Assembly (NCBI GenBank): GCA_965644295.1
Contig: CBFFRP010000041.1
Coordinates: 124,001 to 188,000, forward strand
From: Paraphysomonas bandaiensis
Lineage: Eukaryota; Protista; Chrysophyceae
Direction: 5' to 3'
DNA: 64,000 bases
The translations under genes and the position numbers were made by a program. Position 1 is the stretch's first letter; every line of letters begins with the position of its first letter. Below the pieces are notes generated by a model. That model made no database searches. It was given only the letters and a program-made list of their open reading frames with translations, and had not been told where the DNA came from. Positions 1 to 11,899 of this stretch are shown piece by piece.

Positions 1-1687
1 CTGCAGCTCTTCAGCATTGAAACCCAAAGCCTCGGGGAAAGGTCAGAGAGAAAACATGCAAGCCTCAAGAGCCACAGCGATGTACACAGGCCTTACTTAT
101 ACTGGACACGTGTAAGAATTACATCCTAAGACCCCACTCTCCATTTATGATATATATATATATATATCACTATTGACTATATTTATCTCGGTGTTGTATA
201 GAATATAATGGGTAGAACAAGAAGATTGTTCATAAACCTCAAATATCAACTATAAACGGCCAGGATAACAAAAATATAATATTATAGTATAGGTTGTTGG
301 TGAGGTCATCAGAGATGATATTAATATGACACTGTACCGTGTAGTAGTAAAAGTCATTGGAATCTTAAATCACAACATAATCTAATATAATAAAGGCACA
401 TAATCTAAGCATAAATATTATAGGGGTTACGTATTAAAGGGGCACTATATAAAAGTTGTCACAACTCGCATAAGGAATCTCTATGAACACGCATAAGTTA
501 TCTACGTATAATCGCTATTCCAGACCAACAACGAAGGACATAATAACCTGAGCAAGAAATAAAGTTAAATTAGTTATAATAACTTACTTTAAACAGAAGT
601 TGATATCATATCATACGACATTGCGTCACAAGTGACATAATACGTGCGTATTACATTGCATCTGCAAAGTAGCAACTCAGTAGCTTTCAAAGAGTTAAAA
701 AACTACTTTTATAGAATAGTTTGTAATATGAAATCCAGTTCCAAAGCACTTGTGCCTATGGTGATATAAAAGTAGTAAAAGAACAACAAGAGAGACAGAA
801 CACAAAGTGAAGGGAAGTTAATAGTTGAAGACACACACGCAACAAACAATATTAAAATAGCTTTTAAAATTCATTCGACCTAACTCTATAAACCAATTAG
901 TGTATGAGATATTTTATTCCTTATATATTATTGTATTTTGTAATTTTCTCAAAACACTTGTAAATATTATTCTCTCTTTACATATATTTTATTCATTTAT
1001 ATACTTGATTAAAAGCGGTAATGCTTCAACCATCTCAATTGATCCTGCTATTGTTGGTTTTACTTCCCAACCTATTTCATAAATTTAAAATACTCTTTAA
1101 AATTTTTAGAAATAATATTTCATAAATACTTCTATTCTATCTTCCTACCATAGATAAAAATAATAATATAAAAAATAAAGTCAAATACAGTGTTTGAACC
1201 ATGAAAGCAAAGGAGCCATTACCATTAATGGTTACGCAAGCCTGCAAGCACCCGTAGGCTCCTCCCCTCCTTTTGTGTGTGCGTCGTTATTATTCGCATT
1301 ATTGCCTACTGTCGGAAATATCGCAAAAAACAGTATCAGGTGTGTGCGGAACTAGAAGCAGAGGTCGCCGAGTTGAACGTTTATTATGACTTTATAATTA
1401 GAGCTTGATTCGACTCAGATAGCGCAAAGTAGCTTCAGGACTAAAATGATATTCTAAACAAGTTTTAAAAAATGCTGATCGAATATCGGTGCGGATCGAA
1501 TTGCTTGACCTGCACCTAAATAGTTTATAGATCACTACTTTTGCAACCTTGCAGAATAATTTATCTGTTTTCCGTATCTATACATCCATGTTACTATTTT
1601 GATTAAAAGAACAATACATTCTCAGCCATATACTAAATCCAGTGGCGCTTTGAAAAAGAAAAAAAGACATACGTTTCTAACTAATCC

Positions 1688-3000
1688 TTAATGCTTGGTC
1701 TGTAGGTCTGCTCTATATGCACTAGCACCACAGTCCACATTCGCCGACGTAGATGACAATCTATACAACTCTTGAACTACACCTTCCTGCTTCAAGTACT
1801 CAATGTTATTTATATCACACCACTCCTCATCATCACTGAAAGGGTACTATGCACCGTCGTGTCCGATGAACCGATCCTTATACTTTTCGAATAGATGATG
1901 AGTATCGTAGAAGAGAAGAATCTTGTTTAATTCAATCAGTCGAGTGCAGTCCCACGGAATATTCTTTGTTAGTATATCGCTACTGAGCAAAGCATTATCT
2001 CGGTCATGTCCGACAAATCCCTTACATCCAGCTGTAAGCAAGACGGAATTTGCAATGTTCCTCAAACTGATTTTCTTATTCAATTCACGTTCTGCTGCAA
2101 CGTAGTCACTTTGATGTTTTAATATATCCTCTTCACTCAAAGACTGAGGTTGATGGTCTAAACACTTTATGCCCATAATCTCGCACACGAATGGAGTAAT
2201 TTCTTCCTGACCACGGCCTCGAATGCCGTCATAGTCCATTAAAACTATCGAGTCGTGGCCAAATACCCTCCCGTACTTCTGAGCTAGTTCCTCTATAAAC
2301 AGTGATACCGACCAGTACTTTTGACTGTGTACTACCCATGTGCTATAACTTTGTGGCATGTCGGCAAGCTTATTTATTTGAGTGTACCATGATTTGAGTC
2401 GACTGACAGGGTTCCTATATGTAATAACAACCTTCACCGAGTCATAGCCCCTGCAAATCTCTTTCAATTCCACAATTGCATCGTAATCTAGCAAATCTTC
2501 ACTGGAAAATACAACTGATTTCCCTTGGCTGAATGCATTTTCAATGTCACTTCATGTCTTCTCCAAGAAATAAGCATACGTGCTATCGACGGTCGTTTGG
2601 CGACCACACAGGCGATCCAAATACTTAAAGTATTTTGGACAATCGAGCATAGACCATACCCAAGGATATTTGTACTCTATGGTAGTATTGAGTCAACTTG
2701 AATTAGGAAGCAACAAAGCCTTTGCAACAGGGCTGTCTGCTTTGATTCCTGGAGCAAACCCTGCAGCAGTAGGCATAACCCATCCATGACGAGCAATATC
2801 GTAGTAGCAATTGGCCATTGCGGCTTGTAAAGCTGATGTACCTGTTTATGAGGTCCAATATGGATCACAAGCTCTCGTTTCCCTTTACTATGACTATGAT
2901 GATGATGCGGGGCTTTACTGATGTGTGTCGGACATAAATCCACAGCAGACACACACCACCACAAACAAATAGTTGTGAATATGAGACATACACCCCTCAT
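1688..3000 (-). pseudogene. Sulfotransferase-like / P-loop fold protein, pseudogene
   Basis: Signal/TM N-terminus, then HIGPHK[frameshift]TGTS...VVFSSED...VVITYRNP motifs. Frameshift near 2845 (one A missing), in-frame TGA at 2693-2695 and 2552-2554, TAG at 1847-1849, and a probable second frameshift near 1815. Confidence 0.7.
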
Positions 3001-4068
3001 GTGAGCTCAGTTCTCCTACTTGTGCATAGGCATCGCATGGTATCACTACGAAGCTGTGGCACTTCCAGTCAGCCAGCCCGTGTTTTTTTCATTCCACCCA
3101 CATACCATCATCGTATATCCTTGATGACTATCGCTCAATGCAACAGCATGATACTAATATGAGTTCAATACATGCCATTGTATCAAACAAGAAGGAATGA
3201 CATCAACAGTTGATACTGTATCAGCAGGGAGCACTGTACGACCAGAAGTTGCATCTCATTTGACGACAACACTAGATCTATTACTGATTCCATTGAAATT
3301 GAAGAACACAAACGATGTTCTATCTGAATGCACTAAAAGTTTTCGCCAATTTAATCAAAAAAAATTCGCAGTCAAATACCCATCCATGAGATCGTCGACT
3401 CAATGAAATCTTTTGACTCCAAGCCTCATAGGAACCACTCTTGTCTAGATTACCGATGACAGAGGCCATATACTGCTGCTGGTTCCCGGTGATAAAGGTG
3501 AAAAGGCAATTTTGGTCCAAAAGAAAGATCACAGCGATACACGTAAGTAAAGAGATTGAGATGATTTGCTTATATTGAAGAGAGACGATGTATATTATGT
3601 ATGTATTACTATCATCAAATGGAATGCCACATACATCAGCTGAAGGTATCAGTAACAAGGAGCGTTAGTTTAGTTTCTCCTTCCTTTGGATAAAACTTTA
3701 TTAACTGTAGTTGCAAGGGTAAGCCCAATTAATATAAATGTGTTCGCAAGAACAATGGAGTTTTCTGTAATCCGAGATGCCAGCAAGTAGTGCTCTACCA
3801 AGTAGTTTACCTCCGTTAAAAACTACTGTTTTACTGAGTATAAATGGATTCTTACATAAATCTTACTTCTTATATATATATAATAGAGGCTCATCTAAAT
3901 TGTCACATACACACCAAGACTTAAGCAAACTCCATTGCTCTTGCACTTACCCTTTCAATGGCACTTCGCTAATCCCTGTCCAAATGATGGAGAAGCTAAA
4001 CTAACACTTTCTGTCTCAGATAGTCTCCAGTTGGCGTTGGATGAGGCAAGTGACTTATTGAGCTCTTA

Positions 4069-4796
4069 TTAATATTGTACTGTAGTTCTAACTTTAATAT
4101 TAATCCCTCGCAATATATTGGCTCCAACGATTAAATATCAATATATTACCAATACAGTATATTTCAGATAAATAGTCATTCAATTATACAGCGGAAAACT
4201 AATTATGTAAACACTCGAAAGTTTTGGAGGTGATTTGTTTACACTCACTACGACTACTCTAAAATTTCCTCAATAGTAGAAAAAGTCAGGATAAGCTTAG
4301 TGAGATGTGGAGTCTCTTTTAATTCTATCACCTTGCTCTGTGAGTGCAGCATTACGTATTGCCTTTCTTGGTGAAGAATCACCATACTTCAACAGAATCC
4401 TTCGTTTTAAATAGTACTGTATTTTAAGATCTCTTCTAGGACGTTGTCCAAACAACACCGTTTTCTCACTGAAGTATCATCGGATCAGCGGTGCACCGTA
4501 AGTCCCAAAGATATCATAAAAAATATCTGCTACAACTACAGCTTCGTGGTAGTTTAATATTGTACTGTAGCTCTAACTTTAATCTTAATCTCCTCGAAAT
4601 ATAGTACTTTGGCTCCAACAAATTAATATCTATATATTACCAATACAGAATACAGTATATATTGCTGATAAATAGTTATTCAATTATACAGCAGAAAACG
4701 AATTAAGTCAATACTCGAAACTTTTGGAAGTGTTTCTTCACAGTCAGTACGACTGCTCTAAAAGTTTCTCAATAGTAGAAAAAGTCAGTATAAGCT
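4069..4796. repeat. Diverged ~230-bp direct repeat pair (4069-4297 and 4554-4796)
   Basis: Both copies start TAATATTGTACTGTAG and end CTCAATAGTAGAAAAAGTCAG(G/T)ATAAGCT, and are collinear in between. Confidence 0.9.
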
Positions 4797-4992
4797 ATTT
4801 TTTACACACGCAAGGGTTACATTATCAACAATGCATATTAACTTCAAAGCTTGTAAGAATGTGGTACCTCTAAACTACCTACACACTACTCATAAATCTG
4901 CAACACAGGCTCATATTTCCTCCAACATTGATTTTGAAATCATTAAGTTAAATTGCAGGCTCAAAAATCCTAGACACTCAACGATGTAAGGA

Positions 4993-5598
4993 TTACTTGA
5001 TGGAAACATGTTTCCTCCAGAAATTAACAGATTGGTCATATTTTTCTCTATCTAAAGGGACTCCACTTCCCCCTTCCGCAGCACCCAAGGCATTTCTCAT
5101 CATAGTTATAGGTTGCATTGGCAACTCATAATCACACATTTGACCTTTGACACTAATGATTCCCCATGGAGCATCAGTGTCGGGTGGAGTTTCATTCATA
5201 GCCGCATTCTCCAAATTTATCTGTTCTCGACTGTACAATATAACATCCAGATACGTTGCAGTGGGGGGTTCGACATCACTTGCATCCACCCACTGGATTA
5301 GGACAGGCAATTCACCTTCCTTTCGAGCTTCATATCCTGACTTGATAAATCCCTTAGTGCTATCATCAATAGTGGTGTATCCACATTTGACGTCAGCAAA
5401 ATTAGGAACGAATATATGCTTGCAGAATGGTGCATAACCATCAACTAGGGGTAACCCTCCATCGTATGCTTCGTTAACCTTCGCTTCAAATGCTTCAGTA
5501 TCAAAATTAATTCTGGTTCCACAGTAGTTTGGATCATTGAATTGCCGTAAGCAAAACTTATCCAACACAAGCCTTCGTGCACAAGATAATGCTGCCAT
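4993..5598 (-). CDS. DUF3228-family protein
   Basis: LVLDKFCLRQF...LVDGYAPFCKHIFVPNF...YEARKEGELPVL...LDVILYSREQ...ELPMQPITMMRNALG...GGSGVPLDRE. Start taken at MAALS (5598). Confidence 0.85.
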   Translation of the reverse strand: MAALSCARRLVLDKFCLRQFNDPNYCGTRINFDTEAFEAKVNEAYDGGLPLVDGYAPFCKHIFVPNFADVKCGYTTIDDSTKGFIKSGYEARKEGELPVLIQWVDASDVEPPTATYLDVILYSREQINLENAAMNETPPDTDAPWGIISVKGQMCDYELPMQPITMMRNALGAAEGGSGVPLDREKYDQSVNFWRKHVSIK

Positions 5599-6081
5599 TA
5601 GTATAAATAAGATTGGAAATAGTGTGCAATTGTTGTGTTTCTTTGACGCTACTGCAATGGCTTCTCTGCTATATACACACACATATGCTGCTGTATATGT
5701 TCGTATATAGCGTACAGCACAATAGAATTCCTAATACGGGGAATACATTCATGAACTACGAAAGAACGAGCAGCAGCAACTTGTAGTCTATTTGAAGTGT
5801 ACAGAAGTACATGTGTGTAAACTACTTCTGCATGCATGTCTCATACGGATATACAGTCGTGCGTAATAGATGTCACTTTCCTGTACATGTGTTCTATATG
5901 GGTGTACGACATGAAGTATATGAACCATATATACATATATACACGTGAAACACATATCCAGCCTTAATAACGTGATAACGACATGATATGATCGATGTGG
6001 CAGTTAATCAAATAAACTGGACAAAGAATCACTCATCTGAGTCCATTGATATTGAATCTATAGCGTTTCATAAGGTAGAAT

Positions 6082-8126
6082 ATGGAGAACTATGATGATA
6101 GAGGTGTATGTGTCCATGGACCTGGATATGCCCTTAGAGAGGGAGAGATTGAGAGTGGACATGCCACTGAGAAAGAGGCCAATGATTCAGATTTCAGTTG
6201 TATCACAACTCAACGATTACAGGATCATAATGCTCGACAGGAAGATGCTCAGTCCTCTTCTAGTCAAGAGAGTAAGACGATGATGGCGTATTTATTAGAG
6301 GGTCTAGGGATTGGTGGGGATGATGATTCTGCTCTTCCAGAGCCGGAGTTAGTCCCTCATGATTCTCTGGTAATGGAGGCTGATCTCTTGATTAGTAATC
6401 CGTACAAGAACACCAGCGATAAGTATGGTGAATTGAAAGAACTTGAAAATAAAGCATTTGCTTTACTTGATACCCCGTACGAGGAGTCCAGGCATAGTAG
6501 TTTACATCTAGGTGAAGCTCAGGCCAGCCCTGAATCTAACCAACTACCTCCGCTACCACCGAACGTATCAACTCCAACGAATGAGAAAGATACTCCGGCG
6601 AAATTAAGTCCTCCCGCCCAATCCCATGTTAGGCAAGACGATCGAAATTCATTGGGAGGTACTTTGGACAGTGACATGAGAGGAATCCGTATTCCTGTAG
6701 GAAATAGACAGCGTGTACAGGTGGAGTATATGTTTGCAAAAGGACACACTGTGAACCAGCATGAGACACTCGACTCTGTTTATGCCCAACTTAAAACCGC
6801 TTGTAGGGCAATCGATTCTACCGAGCAACGAACAGGATCATCGGATACTGAGTTTCCCAAAATTCGTCGACAGTGTACTCGAATCGGCGTGACCCGTCTG
6901 TTTGGCGGTGGTCGTATTGATGGCACAAAAGACTTTGTTAGACTCAATTTCCCGTTGAATTTAGATGATATCTACTCCTCACATACTACTATGGAGTCGG
7001 CTGTAACAATTCACAAATCTGCTTTGTTTCTGCGTCGTCACTCGATATGGTTGGCTTTCTATACCGAGAGGTATCCTATTCGGGCTGTGTTGATGGCTGA
7101 TATGCTCTTACTTTTCACACCACCTTCCCCAGACAGCCCCAGCTTACCAGACGAAAAATTTGTGCATGAAATTGTGGTGCCCATGCGACAGCTGGTCGAA
7201 GGTGTGTTACATATGGCAAAGTTGCTGCTTTGTTGTGTACTCTGGGTATAATCTGATGCCGTGTACGTTTATGTTTACGAACTGTACTAACTCTTTTGCT
7301 TGTATACATTACAGACTGGAGGGTAAACAATTCCAAGAACAGCAGCTATCCCCCAATTCCGTTTGAGCAAGATGTATTTCGTGGTCTCGTCACTATGCTC
7401 GGAGCCAAAGAAAAGGCTGAGTACAACCGACTTAAAAAGAAATTGCAGGTATACCTCGATTTTTTACAGTCTCTCAAGAGGAGGAACAGTCATGCAATAT
7501 TATCCATGAATCTCGAGTTTCACTCCCAAAACCTGAAGAGCGAAATGACCCGAATGTCGTCGCGTATGAAAAGCAATCTTGAGGCGGTGGAGGAGCTCGT
7601 CGAGGATGAAGACCACGCTGATAAGTATATGGATCTGATGCATCTATCAGTATTTCGAGATGACCCATCACTGTACTCTCTGCCATCTGATGAACGTCGG
7701 GAGGCCATGCAGGACGGACTGGGGAATTATGCATCTCGCAACCTCTTCGAAGCATGTATGGATAAGTATATCATGGACTGCGAGGCTATCCTTAGCCAAT
7801 TAGATGTTCTGTTTAAGCTTATAGACAATGAGGAGTCGTTATTTCGTCTGCAGTTAAATTATTCGCAGAATGAAATCCTGATCCTCAATACTGTGCTTAC
7901 TATCCTTGCCTGTGCAATAGGCTTTGGTTCTTATTTGACTGGTGCATTTGGCATGAATCTGGATAACACAGTCACCCTCCAGGAGAAGAAACACTCCTTT
8001 GTCGTGGTGCTGGTATCGACGTTTATGGCCATCGTGGTGACGTTTTCTATTCCTTATGTGTATTTCAAAGTCAAAGGAGTATTGCCCCGTATTGCTGGTA
8101 AGCGTGGAAAACTAGCAGAATACTAG
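6082..8126 (+). CDS. MRS2/CorA-family Mg2+ transporter (2 exons, intron ~7203-7313)
   Basis: C-terminal two TM helices with the FGMNL (GMN) signature, preceded by long helices (LQLNYSQNEILILN); disordered N-terminus. Confidence 0.85.
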
Positions 8127-8137
8127 AATTACCAGTA

Positions 8138-8163
8138 CTAGTAACTTCACGCGCTTAGCGCGT
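8138..8163 (-). mobile_element. Putative Helitron 3' terminus
   Basis: Minus strand reads ACGCGC-TAA-GCGCGT (hairpin), then 7 nt, then CTAG followed by T. The 5' end was not identified. Confidence 0.55.
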
Positions 8164-9576
8164 TGGAATTTTTGTAGGAATTGTACATATACGGTTTCTT
8201 TTCATTGAAAAAACTTGATCAACTGTTTACATTGGTTGTTTATTGCTGTAATGTCTTGATGTATGAGTTTGTTATAATTCATGTCATATCGTGATAGGCA
8301 AATTCCTATAAATAGTACATCAATTATTAAAGCATGACTGTAGTGTACGAAATTGGCATTATAGAACATGGGATTTAGTCTGCTGCGTCAGTGCTACCAT
8401 TTCATGAGAGAATATTTGAACAGTAGTATCCGAATATGATACATTACACAGCCAAAGCTCAGCATTTTCATGGTCGACTAATTGTCAGATGGTAACAGTC
8501 GATGCTGCGGAAATGAGAGAACTATTATGCTTATAAGTTGACCTGTAGCAAGTGTTGTATGGTAATAGGCACGCCGCAAGTTGATATTAGTAACCTACAT
8601 GAAAATCTGAAATAAACTATGCTATAAATATATAGAAGTAAAAGAATCGCTTTCGAGAGTTCACTTTTCGTATGCTAGGCACTATTTGAGCTTTTCAGAC
8701 AACAACAAATTTATACAATTGTACAAGATCTTAGATCTCATAAAAATGTGATGTTATTAATTATAGTTATTCAAAATCAATTCATGAGATTCTGACACCT
8801 TCAAAGTAGCTACACGCTACACCGTCCTCTCAAGGGCTCCAACAACACATTGATTAAATTCAGCTCCATAACAGTGCTTCATATTGAATTTGTTCGAAAA
8901 TATATTCATCAAGCTCTCTCTATATGTACCCTTTTATCTTATGGTTAATCGCTGTATGGTAAGCTCTGTGTGGGGATGACAGGGCGATTCATAAGGGACC
9001 TGATGATGCGATACAGATCAAGTGATAACTCTGAACTCACCCATCATATCAATGGATTTATCATCCTTAATGTTAATTGAGGAGATTAGTGTCGTGTAAT
9101 AGTGGCCCTGTATCATCATAGTATAGTGGTGTGTGTATTGTCATGCACTGGATACGATACGCGCTATATGGGTGAGGGCTGTACAGTAGAGACGTTTCAG
9201 TAGCATGCCTGCTCAAGTTGGAGTTAGTGTCGACCAGTGAGCATGTGATGAACCGCTCCTGCTCCTCACTTTCTCTACATATATGCATCTAGATACCTTT
9301 AGACGATAGCATACATACTGTACATGTATGTACAGTGGATTCATAGCTATCTACCACGCACGTAGGAATTCCTAGTCGGCACTCATACGGTACGTCTGTG
9401 TATACGGTACGTCTGTGTATGTATATATGAGTGTATACATCTGCTGTATATATGTGTGTATACGGTGCTGTATGGTACAGTTACAGCAAGAACATGGAGC
9501 AGCTATAGTACTGTATAGATATGCATATAGTGAATGCTCCATACACATCCCACTGAATTAACAATGTCAAATTAAA

Positions 9577-11293
9577 ATGACTTCAACTGGCATTATTAGA
9601 GACGAGGAAACATTGAACCCATTAACTGTTACTCATGATCATGTGTGTGATGCACATACCTATGACACAGACACACATATTGCACACAGTCATCACACAG
9701 TATGCATAGACACATGCAAGTCCTCCTCCACATATATTGCAAATGGAGTGCTATTTCTTCTTGTTTCTGCAACAGTATCTTCTATTATCATCTCTCAGAT
9801 GCATTCACCTGACTCGAATATCTCAAATGACAGTTATGCCGATGCAGACCTCATACCTAATCGTGTAAACTTCCCGCTAACTTCACCCAATGGTGTGTCA
9901 GCATCTCCTTACAGTGCCATGTTTATGCCGATGTATACAACACACCCTCTGGATGTCCGCAACGATAATATATCTAGTGTTGTTATACCTATCCACGGGT
10001 ATTCTAGAAATGCAGGTGTGAGATAATGTTTTGTCAAGTCTGTATTCACAGTGGTTGATGATGTCTACGCAGAGGACTACTTCCGTACTGCTACGAATGC
10101 AGTTGGGTATCATGAAGGTGTTCTTGTTATCACACCTGTTTTTAGTCGCACTGCTGTGAGAGGAAGCGACTGGGAGAATAAACCTACTGTGAACGACTCT
10201 ACAATGTCCGTACATTGGAACACATCCAGCTGGATGAGAGGTAGTACATCTAGCAATTGGTGGTGCAATAACATTGGGTCTGCTTAGGGGGCAACGCGAC
10301 TCCGTACCCTTACCATTTTACTTCTTCATTTCATATATTGGATGACTTAGTGAACTATCTTCTTTCCGGCGATCATTTTCCGTATTTGCAGCGCATTACA
10401 TTTGCAGGATACTCAGCGGGGTCACAATTGGTCAGTCACTTTGCGTGGGCCAGTGACATCGGCTATCCTCCCAGTATAGTCCGATTTCTTCTGAGTGGGA
10501 GTTCGATGTATCTATACCTTAGCCCTATCCGACCACACCCATCTTGCTGGCCACTGTCTGACCAGGGAGCGTCGTTTTCGTGTGATTCATTCGAATTACC
10601 ATCAAATGATTACCTAGATGCATGTCCAGGTTACGACTCATGGAAGTATGGCGTCAGCGAGTTTCCATCATCTGGATACTCTTATCTAGAAAAGTATGTA
10701 AACAATGAACAGGTGACAACATGGCGATCATCGATGTCGTGCCCTGTTGTCTCGCTAATTGTTGCTCTGTAGGCAGTAAAGAACCAAACCGCCAATCTTA
10801 GACTAAAAGACATTCATTATGTCTTAGGTAAATAATATTGACCAGCTTGGTGTCATTTTGACGTGTTGCAGGTGATGCAGATGTTTGTAACTGTAACACT
10901 GAGGGGTACCAGAACCCTTCGACTTGTTTTCACTCTGATAGCATTGATGACCCGTCTGATGATGGAGAGCCAGCTGATGACTATATAGAATCTATTCAAA
11001 TGGAAGATGCATTAGCAAAGGGGAGTGCTGTCTCATGTTCGCCTAGCCTCTTTGGATCCAGCTGCTGCGATACTTACCCTGATTCGGAGAACAATTTGCT
11101 ATCGCGCACATGCGGATCAAATATGCAAGGAGCTAACAGATTCCAGAGAGGCTTATTATATTTACAGTACCTCGGCGTATTGTGGCAAGATTACAACTAC
11201 ACACCACCTGTTGAAATTGTTCATGGCATGGGGCATGACAGAGAAAAGTTCTTCAACTCTGATAAGTTTCAGAATTTAGCATACATAAAATAA
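9577..11293 (+). CDS. Membrane-anchored alpha/beta-hydrolase fold protein (multi-exon)
   Basis: N-terminal TM, IHGYSRNA, nucleophile elbow GYSAG, C-terminal GMGHD. The ORF pieces are joined by short GT-AG introns. Confidence 0.75.
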
Positions 11294-11899
11294 ACACATG
11301 TATTTAGGGCAGGAGTTTGTTGTTGTGCATATTTGTGAAGTGTATAATGTTTTTCATACTATTGTGTGCAGGTGCTTTACGAATCACTCGTTCATGTAAA
11401 CCTTAAGATATATCATATACGTGAAAACCATACACATTATGTACAGCAGTAATATCTCAAAATGAATTATTAACTATGCACATAGTGATATGACTGTACA
11501 TGGTATGCTTGTGCTTGGCTTCTGTACATTTAGCTATTATGTACTAGTACCATTCAATATTAGATCTTATTCTTTATTACAGAATTCTTTCTAAAATGTT
11601 TAATATAATTACTATGTATGAATTAGTCCAACTAAACTCCGCAGAAACCAGGAATATGAAGTGTGCTACCATTATTTTTACAAAGTGCTATTTTGCAATG
11701 TAACAATATAATCATACGCAATTATCCGTTTTATATAAACTTTTTGACGGCACTACACAATAATCAGAAAATTATTATACAACAGTAAACAGATAATCCC
11801 ACGCCTATTGTACTTAGCCATTAATATATATCTTATTTCTTGATACGATGAGTTATAAATACTCGACATACAATTTAATTACAGAAATTTTCTCCAAAC

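Noticed and set aside
880-1190. Very AT-rich stretch resembling organellar or viral coding DNA
   Set aside because: Stops occur in the candidate frames and no motif is recognisable, so it cannot be assigned without a search.
2552-2695. TGA recoding (Sec/Trp) in the sulfotransferase-like frame
   Set aside because: The same gene has frameshifts and a TAG, and intact genes here (RJL, FMO) use TGA as stop.
4069-4796. TRIM/mini-LTR element
   Set aside because: No PBS, PPT or TSD was found around the direct repeats.
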